This document shows, one piece after another, positions 44,732 to 57,478 of a stretch of DNA of 64,000 nt. The stretch is from Diplonema japonicum (lineage: Eukaryota; Protista; Euglenozoa: Diplonemea): contig OZ025652.1 in assembly GCA_964019335.1 (NCBI GenBank), forward strand, positions 124,001 to 188,000. The letters run 5' to 3'. The notes under the pieces were generated by a model that was not told the origin of the DNA, made no database searches, and worked only from the letters and a program-made list of their open reading frames with translations. The stretch's first letter is position 1, and every line of letters begins with the position of its first letter. Both the position numbers and the translations under genes were made by a program.

Positions 44732-46510
44732 TTACTGCCTGGTCACCGTGTACAGCCGATTGACAAGGTTGCCAACCGTGGCGGAGTCGAGGCGCGTGGT
44801 CTCCGTCTGGTGGGCGTATCTGTTGAACAGCTGCTTTCGAATGGCCTTTGAGTTTGCGACACCGTTGTAGAAGAGACGCTCGACAGACTGCTGCACGTCA
44901 ACAGGCTTCGAGGGCTTCAGGTACTCACAGTACTCCTTCTTCTCGGGAACAGTAGTGAGGCGGTGCACCATGTCCACCACGTCGGTCCTCACAAGCTTCT
45001 TCGACTCCTTCGTAGGTACATACTTGCACTCCAAGTTCCGCCGGTACTCCTCCTGCAGTTCAATCTGCTGGTGGTACATCCTGTCTGTAAAGTCCTCCAT
45101 TTCGCCCTTAGTTAGCTGCCGCTTGTTCTCCTCAGGATTGAACAAGTACTTGTCCGCCAGATGCTGGTGCACAGACTGCATGTGCTTAGTGCTGGAAAGC
45201 CTAGCAACAATTGAGTCCACACCAGACGGCCCCACCGCAGGGGTGTACCTATAGTGCCACGGTATCTCAGGAGCTACACCGAAATGCCGTGCTGTGGTTG
45301 CCTTGCTTGTGGTGACCGACCATGGAGGGGGGCCGTCGGGTTTTCTTGGCCGTGTCCGCAGGTAGTTCGTCTTTATTGTCGGTGCTGTCTTGGGCCTTAG
45401 AACCTTTCTCTTTCTCTTCTTGCCTACTGTGATCGTATGCGTATCGCTCACCACCTGCCCTTCACCGTCCTCACCTCCAAATAACACGCACACCATGTCC
45501 CCATGGTGCCTCAGCAGCGCCCCACAGTGTCCTCTCCTCCCGTTTGGGACGCCCTGCAGCCCAACCTGACGCCATGTGGACGTCACGATGTTCAAGCAGT
45601 AGCAGTCGCTCGTGATGCGGCCCCCGCTATCCCCACCGTGCAGGATAAGCTGGTCATTCAAGCAGACTGTCACGTGCTTCGTGCATGGCGGTGGCACCTG
45701 CCCTCCCGTATACTGCTTGTTCCACCTCAGAGACACGAAGTTGTAAAAGTACAACTCAATCCCTGTGTACACAAGCATCACGGCATCATTGTCGACTGTG
45801 TGGTAACAGTGCGCCGTGTGGTGTTGGACGACAGGCGGGGTGTCGATGCAGGGATCGCAGTGATGCAGCACCCATCTGTTAGTTGAAATATCGAGGCACT
45901 GCACAAGGCCTTGCGGAGTGGCCCCGCCGAAAACCCACAGTTTGTTGCTGTACAAAAGGGTGGTGTGCGTGTCAACTGGGAGGGGCGCTCCAGTGGTCCT
46001 GAGATGCTGCCACTCGGAGGAGCCTATGAGGTCGAACGCGAAGGTGTCGGAGGAAACGGAGCCGTCGGGGAGGAGCCCACCGTGGATGTAAAGAGTGTTG
46101 TGTGAAGCTGTGAGAGTGTGGCGGGTGCGGTGGATGTGGGACGACTGCACCTGCCGCCATTTGAACAAATCGAACATCCAGAGCTGGCTGGAGATGCCGG
46201 TTGTCGAAGAGCCACCGTGGGTGAAGAGCTTGGAGTCACCGATGACAGCAGAGGCGTGGTGCGCAACGGGCTGCGGGTGCGTCTCGCCCCCCCAGAGGAC
46301 CCCTTCAAGGTGCACGGGTGGCCGCCCATACCTTCGTGACCCATTCATTCCTTTGTACACACGTGTCATCGTCAGACGCCGCCCAGGCGGAGGTGAGCCA
46401 TTGCTGGTCCAATCCTCCTCTTCCAAACTCCCGGCTGTACACAACATCTCCCTCACTTCAGGGGACCACGGCAAAGATCCATTCATCGGGGAGTCGTCAC
46501 CAGCGGGCAT
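44732..46510 (-). CDS. Kelch-repeat protein with repetitive helical C-terminus
   Basis: Repeated HGG/FGG blades ending in W (FTHGG, YIHGG, WVFGG, ILHGG, VLFGG); start placed at MPAGDD. Confidence 0.85.
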   Translation of the reverse strand: MPAGDDSPMNGSLPWSPEVREMLCTAGSLEEEDWTSNGSPPPGRRLTMTRVYKGMNGSRRYGRPPVHLEGVLWGGETHPQPVAHHASAVIGDSKLFTHGGSSTTGISSQLWMFDLFKWRQVQSSHIHRTRHTLTASHNTLYIHGGLLPDGSVSSDTFAFDLIGSSEWQHLRTTGAPLPVDTHTTLLYSNKLWVFGGATPQGLVQCLDISTNRWVLHHCDPCIDTPPVVQHHTAHCYHTVDNDAVMLVYTGIELYFYNFVSLRWNKQYTGGQVPPPCTKHVTVCLNDQLILHGGDSGGRITSDCYCLNIVTSTWRQVGLQGVPNGRRGHCGALLRHHGDMVCVLFGGEDGEGQVVSDTHTITVGKKRKRKVLRPKTAPTIKTNYLRTRPRKPDGPPPWSVTTSKATTARHFGVAPEIPWHYRYTPAVGPSGVDSIVARLSSTKHMQSVHQHLADKYLFNPEENKRQLTKGEMEDFTDRMYHQQIELQEEYRRNLECKYVPTKESKKLVRTDVVDMVHRLTTVPEKKEYCEYLKPSKPVDVQQSVERLFYNGVANSKAIRKQLFNRYAHQTETTRLDSATVGNLVNRLYTVTRQ

Positions 46511-47255
46511 CTTGTTACATAGGTGTGCTGTTAAAACATCAAGGGAAACCGCGAATTTAAAAATGTCAAAAAAAAAAGAAATACAAAAAAAAGGGGGGGG
46601 TGGGAGCAACACTATAAAGGGGAGGGGAAACAGGGGGAGTAAAAATTACTGGTTAAAGGAGTCGTAGATGGCCCGACAGTGGACAGGGAAAAAAAAGAAA
46701 AAAAGAAAAATGGAAAGACATTTATGTATCAAAATGTGCTAACGAGCTTTCTGCGGTATAGAGGTACGAACTACCAGAATCTTGAAAAGGTGATTCATGT
46801 GCCTCTGTCATATGTGCTTAAAAAATCTTAAAGATTAGCGCCATGGAGGGATAGGGTCAGGTGGGGGGTGTAATCAATCGCAAGCACAAGCAATACAATA
46901 AATGTTTCTTGCCATGTTATCAAAGGGGGAGGGGGGGAAGAAAATTGGATACCTATTTTTATTTACTAAGGGATATCAATGGAAAGGTAAAAGGCATGAG
47001 GGTGAAAAAAACTTAATCTTTTTTTTTTTTTTTTTTCGCCGAGGTCCATCTTTTCTTCTACATTTGAAAAGTGATATCCCGAATAGACAAATAAAATATT
47101 TAAAAAAAAAACATCAAAAAAAAAAAGAATCGGACAAGGAAGAGAGTGCTCTTTTTTTTTCTTTTTTCTTCAGGAAAAAAAAAAAACGTGCAACTATTCT
47201 AAGCATCAAAAAAAAAACCCCCCAACAACTTTATATTAAAAAAATTACGTTGGCT

Positions 47256-47288
<33 letters not shown>

Positions 47289-47344
47289 CCTCCTGTTGTT
47301 TTAATTAACTATTTTTTGGGGAAGAGAGGGGGTATTCTAAATTA

Positions 47345-47393
<49 letters not shown>

Positions 47394-47395
47394 TT

Positions 47396-48880
47396 TTAGG
47401 CCTGGCTGCGGTCTTTGATGGCCTTGTCCTTGGTCGCGATGAGCTTTTCACGGTTTTCCCTCTTCTTCTTCTCCACCGCACGACGCTGCGTCCACGTCTC
47501 GAAGCGGAATGCGACTGTGTCCGAACGAGTGGCTTTGGCAAGAGCCTTTCTAAGCTGTTCTTTAGAGTGGACACCTTCTTCGTTGCTGAAAGGGGAGTAC
47601 TCCGTCCTTGTGGAAACATGAGTAACACGCATTCCTCTGCACTCGTCCAGTGCAGCTGATGGTGTGCCATCCTTGATCTCCGTAAGGCACATCGTCTCAG
47701 GGTCGAAGACAAGCCCAAGCGGCTCGCTTGGCTCCTTTGCAATCTGAACCTCTTTTGTTCCCAACGGTGCGAAGGGAGGCTTCTGCATGAACTTTGATTT
47801 GGGTACGGCATGTTCCTTCTTCCTTCTAGCAGGCGCGGATGTGGTGTGCCCGGACTTGGAGGTCATCATCTTCCCCTTACGCATCTGGAGCATCTTTTCT
47901 ATTTTCGCTTTCCTGCTTGTTGTCGACGGCTGTAAGAAGTCAGGGCTGCTCCCGTCACACTGTGAGAACAGTGTTGCGTACTGGCTCACCTGGTTGGTCT
48001 GGTGCTTCCATGCTGCCCTCTCGTAGTTCGGCCTCCTCATCTCAGCCGTGATCAACATACCAGGGTGCGCCTTGCTGACAAGTACCAGGTCGGTAGTGGG
48101 GATCTCGCTCACTTCATCCTCGTTTTCCTCAGGCTTGTCCCATCTGATCTGGCACATGTCTTCTTTTTTCATAATGACCAAACCGTGCTTGCCGCCGTAC
48201 TGTTACGGTGTTGTTGGTGATATACAGCATACCGCTACCCTGTCGCCAGGGCCCTTCTGTGCGGAGGACTTTCTGTGGCAGACGGTTGCCTCGTAGTCTG
48301 TGTTCTTGTTGTCGAGGAGGGACATTGCTTTGAGGTCCGCCTGTTGTGTTGTTAGAATAAAAATACGTGTTTCTTTTTTATTGCGTACCCTTTTTTGGGT
48401 CGGGAGCCTCAGTTTCACCTCTGACGCGGCGCCCTGTTGGATCTGCTCGTTGATCCACTCCAACATCGCGTCTTCTTCCTCGTCGGGGTGTAGTTCCTGT
48501 CCCCTGCCTTCTTTCCTCCATTGCTGTTCGAGCTTCTGCTGCTTGAGGAGGAGTTCTATTCTCTGCAGCTCCTTGTTGATGTCAGTGTTGAACATAGCAT
48601 CTTCCTTCTTCATATCCCCGAGGCGTTTTTGAGGCATCTCGCCGTAGCTGTGTTATGGATGGGTTTATGGATGGTGGTACGTGGCGTATACCTCGGGTGC
48701 CCGATGGACTTGATTATCTCTAAGCTGAATAATGTGTTGTTGAATTTCTCACCGACCTGAGGGGGGGGGGGGGGGGGGTTGAGATTATTTCTTGTAAGAG
48801 TATGTCCATACGCTCTTTCCATCGTCAATGACTTGTGCGTGCTCACCTGCTGTGAGTGTCGTCCCTACTGTGTTAGACAT
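47396..48880 (-). CDS. Hypothetical protein (~434 aa) with C-terminal PDZ-like segment; introns 48757..48811, 48648..48691, 48341..48388, 48200..48232
   Basis: Splicing joins three track ORFs in frame from MSNTVG; EPLGLVF...LTEIKDGTPSA...GMRVTHV resembles PDZ. Confidence 0.72.
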
Positions 48881-50006
48881 TTCTTTTTTCTCCCTTGGGT
48901 AAAAAATGTAGTTTTTCTTCTCTTTCTTGCAACGCGTTTAACAAAAAAAAAGAAAAATGATAAAGAAGCAACAGGAAATATATTATCCTGCTTGCTCCGA
49001 GAGGCGGCTCCACCCGAAGGGAGCCAGTACGTAGGTATGGGGAAATGAGAGGATAAAAAAGAAGGAATGAATAATAAAAAAGAAGTGGGGATATAAAAAA
49101 AAAAAGAAAAAAGAAAACAGGGCGCCAGGGCTAGAGCAGAAACACCTTTCCGCGACAATAGGGCCTTGAGGCACACCTGTTTTTCTTTTCTTTTTATTTT
49201 TTATTTCCCCGCTTCTTTTGTTTTATATTTCCTTCTTTTCGGTTCCTCCGCCCCGTACAGTGGAGAAAAGAAAAAAGAAAAAAGAAAAAGAAAAGGGAAA
49301 AGGAAGAAGGTAAAAGCCTCTCTAGAGATACTTCATGTTTTAAGGTACAAGAGAGGGAGAAAAAAATAGGAAAAAAAAAAGGCAAAAGAAAAAAAAAGGG
49401 GAAAAAAAAAAAAAAAGAGGAAGAAGAGAGGGAGAAACAAAAAAAAAAGAGAGCAAAAAGAGGAATAAAAAAAATTGGGATGACAAATGTTGATTTCTTT
49501 TACTTTTTTAGGTGGGAACGACATGTCTGTGGGGCAATAGGAAAAAATAGGGGGGGTAAGGGGGATATTGCGCCTTAGAGGTGAAATGCCAAATCTTAGT
49601 TTATTTCTGGTGGAGAAAAGAAAAGAATTACTGTGGTTCTAAGAGGCATGGGCGCACATTTGCTTTCTTGGTGAAAAAAAAGGGGGGGGGAAGAGGGTAA
49701 GGGCAGCTACGCGCCGTACGAACGGTGAGGGGAGCAAGGTGGTGTTGTTGCTCCCCCTTCGTTGGGGGGGGGGGGGGGGGGGGGGCTTAAGTAAAATATT
49801 ATATTTGGTGCATCTACGATGCAAAAAAAAAAAGATTTTCTTTTTTTAAACAGCGTCATTTTTTCCTTCCCCCCCCCCCCACATTGTTGTTCTCTTTTAA
49901 TCTTCCCATCCTAACAAGTCAAAAAAAAAAATCATCATTGAAAAATCATCCAGGTACGTAGTAGTGTAAGTACAAAAAAGGAAAAAAAAAGGGGGTACAA
50001 CATCCT

Positions 50007-50163
50007 TTAACTCTTAGAGCTACCGGACCCAGAGGACGTATCAAACCCTATAGGGGGCTCAGACGGGCACTCATCAAGAATCTGAAGGCGAAGCTCGCTG
50101 TTTAGCTGTTCAAGCCGAAGGGTGCCGTGATGCTTCATATATTTCAAACACTCCAGAATAACC

Positions 50164-50195
<32 letters not shown>

Positions 50196-51853
50196 CTTTC
50201 TTTTTTTTTATTTTAAAATATTCCCCACAAAATACCGAAGGTGGCCGTCGTGTTACCATAGGGTGTGCCAACACCAACTGTCGCACGAGGTCGTTCAAAA
50301 CCGTAGCCTCGATGTACCCCTTCACGAAAATCCTTGCTAACCGGCAGGGTGCGTCATAAAGGTGGTACTGCCCTGTTGCATGAATCGCCTGCAAAACCTG
50401 TGCAAATAAAGGTAAATAAGAATTTTCTCAACAAATTACAACATACCTCAACGAGCAACTTGCCAGCTTCAGCAGTCTGCTGGGCATCGTCTGTGATCCA
50501 CCAGCTCAGCAACGTAATAGCAGGTTCGATAACCTCAGGCCCTTCCTTGCCGACAGCCTTCTTGAAGGCAGGCAAGAACCGGCCTATGACATCGTGTGTG
50601 CAGCCCGCCGACTCAAGACATCTGAACAATTGTATCACCGTCTTGAAGGCGCTCACGCTCGGGTCTGTAAGGGAAACAGCAAACTGAGATACTATTTCGT
50701 TCGAGATGGCCGAGTCGTCCTTCGTGGCATGCGACTGTGCTCGCACTGCGACGGTGTGTATTACAGCAAGCTCTTCTTGTGTCATTGCTGTGCGGTCCCG
50801 TAGCAGGATCTGTTCCCAGTGTGCTTTGTTGAGCGCTCTGTTCGACAGCCGGCTGTTCTCCAGCAACATGGCGCACACGCGTACTGCACTTCCCCGCACT
50901 CTGGTGTTGTCTGGCAACGTGCTCCACAACCTCACAAAGCACTCGATGTCGATGTCCGACGCTACAGGCACCACGCACTGCAGGCACCCTAACACCGACA
51001 GTTGCATGTCAACAGCGTATGTGGTGTTGACCTCATCCAACCTTGTTGAGGTTGAAGCGAGCAAGACCAATGTGTTGAAGTGCATCCCGGCATCGGTGCA
51101 CCGCTCCAGGCGGGTCGGCAACACTTTCTTCAGCTTGTAAAGGATACGTGTCATGAGCGCTAGTTTAAAGACGGACTTCGTGCCCTTGACAAGCGACAAG
51201 ACGGCTTCGATGACGTTCGAGTCGATGGCCACGACAAGCGCCGCCTCGTAGTCTATCAGCCGCGAGACCATCATCAGAGCAGGGACTATGGCTCGGAGGC
51301 GTAAGATTTCCTCGTTGCCCAGGATACTCACCACGGCAGAGAGGGCAGGCGAGAAGCTGGAAACAGAGATACTATCAAGATTTGGTAGGGCAAGAGCAAG
51401 GAGGATGTTCAAAGCGTAGTCGAGGGTCATCTCGTTGCATCGAGGAAAGTTGGACAACATGCGGGAAACCATGACAAGGAAGGAGTCGGGGAGATAGACG
51501 CAGAACGACAGGTCGTGCACAATGAAGTGGAACAGGAAGTGATATGCATGCACGCTGCCCTGCACAATGTCGTCATCTTTGATGGACTTTGCTTGGTGCA
51601 CCTTGCTGTAGAGCGAAGGCCCCCACCCCCACGTGCACCCTAAGTTGTCACGTAGCTGTTCCCGTATTTCCGCCGATTCTTCTCCCGTGTTGCATATTTT
51701 GTATGCCATGTCATGGAAGGTTCTCACGTCCCAGAACCTTGGAACATTCTTCACATTGATGATATTCGGCCCCAAAGTCCAACACGAGTCTATTCGCTCG
51801 TCCTTTTCTATCACCACTTCCCCACGACACGCACCGACCTTGACGCTCATCAC
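50007..51853 (-). CDS. Hypothetical ARM/HEAT-like helical protein (~575 aa); introns 50398..50446 and 50166..50235
   Basis: Leu-rich helical repeats; two GT..AG introns extend the ORF to ...SSGSGSSKS*. Confidence 0.72.
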
Positions 51854-51932
51854 ATGTACGTCATCATTATTCTAATTTTATAATTCTGTGAAGATGATTT
51901 GTCTGAACAAAGAACACTATGCAGCATGACAT

Positions 51933-52721
51933 CTAATCCGAAAAGGCAGAAGGAGACCGCGAAGGGGGGTCGGTGGGTGCACTGCGTACATGCTGCATCT
52001 CTTTTCTAAGCATATCTAGCTCGCCTCGAAGTGCTTCGTTTTCAAGTTTTAGATTATGATGTTCCTCCAGGGAAACCTCAACCTCAGGGTAGCGAGCGTA
52101 GAGAGGGCTTCGGGAATTGGGCTGCTCAAGTCGCACTGACTGCGAGTGTGTGGAATGGGGAACAGAAGGAACGGAAGGTGGTTCAGGGACTCCAGGAACA
52201 GGAGGGGAAGCAGTAGCCACAGAAAGAACAGTTTCTACTGCCGCTATACTGGCTACAGACGGCCGTCTGCTTGGTGGTGCAGAGGGTTCTTCGGACGGAG
52301 GGGGCAACAACCCCTCCAGGGCATATTGAGGCTGCTGCTCAGGCCGCCGCAATGAAAACCACAACCACCACCTGAAGTAAGTCTTTCCGGCAAGAAAGTG
52401 GAACGCTCTTGCTTTGATACCCTCGATGTTGTGCCGATTCTTAGGCACCGGTGCTGCATTGGGCAACACTGTCCAACAGGAAGGACACTTCACGTCACCT
52501 CCCCCCACCATTTGCACCTCCACAGGGAGCACATTAATGGCTGTGGGGTAGCTCCTGAACTCTACTAACAGCCGCGACCTGTCGCCGTCGTCGCTTGGGC
52601 CTTGCACGATACCCAGTGCGCCCTTTTTCACTGCGATTCGGTTCTTGATTGTGACATCTTTCACAGCAAACACCTCAGCCCCGAATTTAAACCCGTGCAC
52701 CTTTAAGCCTTGTGTGGCCAT
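51933..52721 (-). CDS. Hypothetical protein: SH3-like N-terminal barrel, CxxC, Pro-rich linker, coiled coil
   Basis: FKFGAEVFA...KKGALGIVQG...RLLVEF; LKLENEALRGELDML. Confidence 0.7.
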   Translation of the reverse strand: MATQGLKVHGFKFGAEVFAVKDVTIKNRIAVKKGALGIVQGPSDDGDRSRLLVEFRSYPTAINVLPVEVQMVGGGDVKCPSCWTVLPNAAPVPKNRHNIEGIKARAFHFLAGKTYFRWWLWFSLRRPEQQPQYALEGLLPPPSEEPSAPPSRRPSVASIAAVETVLSVATASPPVPGVPEPPSVPSVPHSTHSQSVRLEQPNSRSPLYARYPEVEVSLEEHHNLKLENEALRGELDMLRKEMQHVRSAPTDPPSRSPSAFSD

Positions 52722-52819
52722 TAAGACATGAACGCTCTGTGGGATTTCCGTAAATTATGAAGCAACGTAACAACAACAACACTACTCAGCTGCACGGCTA
52801 ATGATGGCCATTGACGTGA

Positions 52820-54497
52820 TTAGATCTCGTCCTTGGAAACAGGGTTAAGCTTCAGGACGAGTTTGTCGTGTAGCTCAGCGTGGTACGTATCCTGTTTGTG
52901 CATTAAAGCTGTGGTTCTTGTTACATACCTCAGAATCGCTGGCAGCCTCCTTAAGGGTCTTGAGAACGAAGGAAAATGAGAGAGACTGGAGCTTGAGCTG
53001 TGTGGTGAGGTGCTGCAGGAACCGCTTATCGTAGGTTGCAAGGCGGGCCACGATGGTGCTTACCTGCTGCATGATCAAATAGCCGTTCTCAAGACGTTCC
53101 AGTTCATGTTGTTCTTCAGAGAGCTTGAAGGGCTCACTGATCCTGCTCTCGCGTGCAGAGTGGGCCTCATCGTATGTTTGCAGCTGCACCACCGACTTCC
53201 CCAGCAACTCCACAGCTCGGTCTAGCTTCTCATACTCATTCTCCGAAAACTTTGCCGCTGCCCTCATCAGGTCATCCCCCTCCAAGTTTCTCAGCAGATC
53301 CAGCACAGCACTCACAGCATGGCCCTCTACCTCGTTCTGCTCCTCGCTCGTCCCATTCTTCAGAACCATCATCATAAACGAAAAGATAATACCCAGCCCG
53401 CCATCCTTCACGAAGTCGCAGCACCCTTCTTTGTTGTTCTGAACAGCATGCACCAGACACTTCAGGGAAGAGTGCTTCAGCACATGCTGCAGCCCTCGTG
53501 CAAATTTTCCAGGCGTCTTCTTCTTTTTCTTCTGGATCAACAAGAACAACAGTTTGAACCCTTGCGCCTCACGGAAGGCGGTCTTCCCCTTGCCAGACAG
53601 CAGGGTGGCAGCAAGGCAGTCATAAATATCCTTCACGTACTCAACCTCCTCCTCCTCAGAGGCGTCCCTCTTCTTGATGTATCTAGCAAGGCACTCCAAG
53701 AGGGCATGCACGCCGTTAATCCTGTCCTCCGGCTGCAGCGCCACAGGCAGGCCTGTCTTGTCGACCATCACGTTTGGGAAACACTCTCCCAGCTCAGGGG
53801 ATGTCTGGAGCATGGAGGACAGGAGCTCCGCAGAGTAGCTCTTTACTTCGTCAAGTTCCTTGTTCTTCAGGAGGTTTCTCAGTAGGAAGCCGGCCAGCTG
53901 CTCGCAGGACTTCTTGTCGTGCTCGAAGCTGAAAATCTCGGGTACAGTCTCCATCAGGTTCTCAAGCACACTGAACACGTGCAACACGCCTTCTTTCTCA
54001 TCTTCGGACACACCGGACAACCTCTCTAGCACAGACATGAGCCGTCCCAGAATTGCTTTCTTCTTCAGTTCCTCGTGGAGGCACATGGCCGTCTCGTCCT
54101 CGGAGACGATGCTCCCTTCCGTGAGCTCGCTCAGCAGCGTCATCGTCGAGCAGAGGATGTCATTGTTCTCGTGCATCGTGAGCTGCATCAGCGTCTCGAC
54201 AAGACCCATCTTGATGGCCAGCTCGTATTCTGCGGGGTTCACTGCAATCAAGGTCGCCTTCTCGATCTCCTCATCTAGTGCGAGCTCGCTTTCCATGAAC
54301 TTGTCAGGCTGGTCGCCGTGCTGATCCCTCTTCTTGATGTTTTCTTTCATTTTCGCTTTCACCCCTGCAACCAGCTTCTTCACCAGTGTCACAGGATCCA
54401 GGTTTGCATCGTCGTCTTCGGCCACCCCGCCATCAATCTTCCTGCGACGGGCATCGGAAACGTCGGTCTCACCGGCAGGCCGTTTTATGCCTGACAT
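52820..54497 (-). CDS. CTNNBL1: Beta-catenin-like protein 1 (Prp19 complex); intron 52892..52928
   Basis: PDKFMESELALDEEI, HENNDI, YSAELLSSMLQ, KFSENEYEKLDR, LERLENG. Confidence 0.9.
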
Positions 54498-54583
54498 GTC
54501 CTGTGGTAGTGGTGAGCTATTAGTGTGGGATAAAATGAATACATAATAAAGGGGAAGGAGATCCTTACCCTCACAGACGTGAG

Positions 54584-54880
54584 CTAGATCAAACGGTTCG
54601 GGTGGTCGAGGTGTGAGTTCTGTGTGTTTGCGGCCAGATCTTGTATCCCGTATTGGGGCAAAATGTCTGTTGGCGTGGGCGACCTGATAGAGTCCCTCCC
54701 TATAGGTGTGGATGCACGGGGTGACGGCACTGTGCCTTCGGGTATGGCGATGTACTTTCCCGTTCCTAGCTTCTGTTTCTTCCTCCTGCTTTTACTCTTC
54801 ATAATAACAACAATCATGAGCACTAATAACAACAACAGGCCGCTTGCTATAATGGCGAGTGGCCATGTGGCTACCATCAC
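54584..54880 (-). CDS. Small single-pass membrane protein, 98 aa
   Basis: N-terminal TM helix followed by basic KSKSRRKK. Confidence 0.65.
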   Translation of the reverse strand: MMVATWPLAIIASGLLLLLVLMIVVIMKSKSRRKKQKLGTGKYIAIPEGTVPSPRASTPIGRDSIRSPTPTDILPQYGIQDLAANTQNSHLDHPNRLI

Positions 54881-55344
54881 CCCCTCCTGCCAAGTGCTTC
54901 ATGTGAAATATCTTTCAGAACCACAAATTCGAGAACAAGAAAGGGAAAAAAAGACAAATAAATTCAAAAAAAAAACATGCTTTTACCTTATTTTTTTTTC
55001 TTTCTCGCTTTTCTCCTCGTACCTTTTAGTGTTTTTGTAGAAGCTTTTTTTCTTCTCTTCTAGAAAAGCTTTTCTTTGTTGTTTCTTTCATTCTATTTCT
55101 TGTTTCCTTAGGGCTAGGGTTAAGAAGTGTTTTAAAATTAAACAGGACGTGTATAAAGGAAAGTGAATAAAAAATGGGTTCTTTCCATCTTTTTTTTAAA
55201 AAGGAAGACAAACTGGGGGAAATTGACCCTCCAAGAGAGTTTTTTAAAAAAAAAAAAAGAAGCAATATTGCAAAGAATTCGCGAAGGATGAGGAGGGTCG
55301 TGTTTGCTTGAGGTGCATCAGATCCTCAACCCCATAGGGCTCTG

Positions 55345-56892
55345 TCACTGACGGTCTTCGGCTTCTGCCTCCTCCTCCTCCTTCTCTTTTGCCTTTGCGG
55401 CCACTTCGATAAAGTCCCCGTCCTTGATCCGGTAGGTGTGGATGTGTCGTTCGTGTGTAGTGAGGGACTGGCGCTCATGTGGCGTCCCAGCTACCTCAGG
55501 ATCCACATGAGTCAGGACCACTGAAGTAGGGTCAAGACTGAAGGGCTTGCACAGCACGCTGTACAGCACAGCCACCGTCTGCCGCACGTTCACCACAGCC
55601 GGCGTTTCCTGCTTCAGAAACAAGTACCGCACTGTCACACACGCTGTCAGCTTCGGGGACATGTCTATGTCCACCAACGGCTGCAGCTTCCCGTGGACCT
55701 TGGAGAGTTCGTCCCACACCTTCGGCGGGTCTTCTGCATCGTGGTAGTACCTCACGAGGAACCTCTCTGAGTCGATGCGCTCGTTCTTCGTCACGACGCC
55801 CCTGTTAAACACCTCCAGGGTGGGCACCCTCGCCACCATGAGGCACCTCCTCTCATGTTCTGTCTGCTTGTTGGTCAGTGGTGTGTCCGACATGGCCAGC
55901 TCCCTCACTCCCATTGCTGCCAGTGCGTCCACCGACTCCCAGTCTGCGATAGCCGTCTTCCTCAAGTATAAGCATTTCAGCTTGGGCGGCACCGGCACAC
56001 CACTTGTAACGGACTGCAGAGGGTTTCCTGACAGGTGCAGGGACGTCAGCTCTCCCAACCCGCTCAGCCCTTCGCAGACATCGTTCCAGCTTTGAACTTC
56101 GTTGTTGTCTAACCGCAAGGTCTTCAAGGCAGGGAGGTCCTTCAGCCATATGTTCTTGTACTTGTTGTTGCTGCAGTTTAGCTCCGTCAAGGTAGGGAAT
56201 AAGGTGGCAAGGCTGACCACTTCGTTCCACGTGAGGTTGGTGTCTGTGAGGGTCAGCGAGGTGAGGGGTGGTGAATCCTGAGCTGCGAGGACCTTCCCGC
56301 AGTCTTCGGTGAGGGGCTCGAAGTGGTTTCCAGCAAGGCTCAGCACAGTGAGGCGAGGGAGAGAACCAAGGACATTGGCGACTTCGGCCCAAGAAGACCA
56401 CAGCGTGTAGGAGAGGGAGAGGTCGGTGAGGCTGGGGAAGTTCGAGAAGAGGGCACCGCAGGTGCTGACGCGCATCCCGCTGGCGCTGACGTTGACGAGC
56501 TTTGAGAAGACGCCGTTGCTGTCCCTTTGGACGGCCTTCGGGAGGTGCACGTTCATAACACGCGTCTTCACCTCGTACATCTTGTTGTACTCATCAGACC
56601 TGTCCAGCAAGCTCTTTGCGTGCAGCTCTGCTGTTTCGTACTTTGCGACAAGCGCTGAACTGAGGTCCCCACCTGTGCGGAGCTTCCCCTCCTTGATGAA
56701 AGACGAGCTTTTGGGTGGCGCTGTGAAGTAGCGTTTCCCGAATATCTCTCCATCGTACTTACCACCCTCGCACTTGTCCCATTCGACGCCTGCGTACACT
56801 CCATTGTCTGGGCTGTTTTCGACTGTGCCGTGGAAGCGGACCGTGCCACGGACGGAGGTGGCGGTGTGCTCGACACGGGTGTTGGGCAGCAT
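55345..56892 (-). CDS. TBCE: Tubulin-specific chaperone E (CAP-Gly + LRR + ubiquitin-like)
   Basis: GTVRFHG..YAGVEWD...GKYDG...KRYF, LRRs, ERIDSERF, C-terminal Y.IKDGD. Confidence 0.9.
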   Translation of the reverse strand: MLPNTRVEHTATSVRGTVRFHGTVENSPDNGVYAGVEWDKCEGGKYDGEIFGKRYFTAPPKSSSFIKEGKLRTGGDLSSALVAKYETAELHAKSLLDRSDEYNKMYEVKTRVMNVHLPKAVQRDSNGVFSKLVNVSASGMRVSTCGALFSNFPSLTDLSLSYTLWSSWAEVANVLGSLPRLTVLSLAGNHFEPLTEDCGKVLAAQDSPPLTSLTLTDTNLTWNEVVSLATLFPTLTELNCSNNKYKNIWLKDLPALKTLRLDNNEVQSWNDVCEGLSGLGELTSLHLSGNPLQSVTSGVPVPPKLKCLYLRKTAIADWESVDALAAMGVRELAMSDTPLTNKQTEHERRCLMVARVPTLEVFNRGVVTKNERIDSERFLVRYYHDAEDPPKVWDELSKVHGKLQPLVDIDMSPKLTACVTVRYLFLKQETPAVVNVRQTVAVLYSVLCKPFSLDPTSVVLTHVDPEVAGTPHERQSLTTHERHIHTYRIKDGDFIEVAAKAKEKEEEEAEAEDRQ

Positions 56893-56995
56893 TCTTGTTT
56901 TGGAGTCTTTGTTGAAGATGATTCAAAAAGAGATATAAGAAGGAAAAAAAAAAAAAAACTGTACAGAAAAAATTAAAAAAAAAAAAAAACAACGA

Positions 56996-57478
56996 TCACT
57001 TCACCACTGTGGTGAGCATCATGGCCTGAAACTCGGCGAACGACACGATCCCATCCTTATCGCTGTCGGCCACCTCGATCATCTCCTTTAAAAGCTCGTC
57101 GTTCGGGTTCTCGCCGAGGGACTTCGCCACTTCTTTGAGGTCGTGGATAGTGATGTGGCCTTTGTTTTTGTCGAAAAGATGGAAGGCTTTCAGTATCTCC
57201 TCCGGTGAGTCCTTTTGAGCCATTTTCGCTTTCATCATTTTGTGGAATTCAGGATAATCTATGCAACCGTTGCCATCAGTATCTATCTCCCTAAGAAGTT
57301 TCTCGATATCAGCACGGGAGCTGTCACTGAAGCCTAAGCCTTTCATTGCCAACTGCATTTCTTCAGCATCAATTTCTCCGCTGTGAGACTGATATTTCTT
57401 TCTTTACACGTCATACCTTCCGTCTGCATCGAACAGGTTAAACGCCTCCTTTATTTGGTCATCTGTTAGACCTGCCAT
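56996..57478 (-). CDS. Centrin, 148 aa; intron 57381..57416
   Basis: IKEAFNLFDADG|SGEIDAEEMQLAMKGLGF, DTDGNGCIDYPEF, EEILKAF, VAKSLGEN, DSDKDGIVSFAEF. Confidence 0.92.

Noticed and set aside
46900-50000. Very long A/T and G/C homopolymer tracts
   Set aside because: Background feature of all non-coding DNA in this window; exact lengths may be sequencing artefacts.
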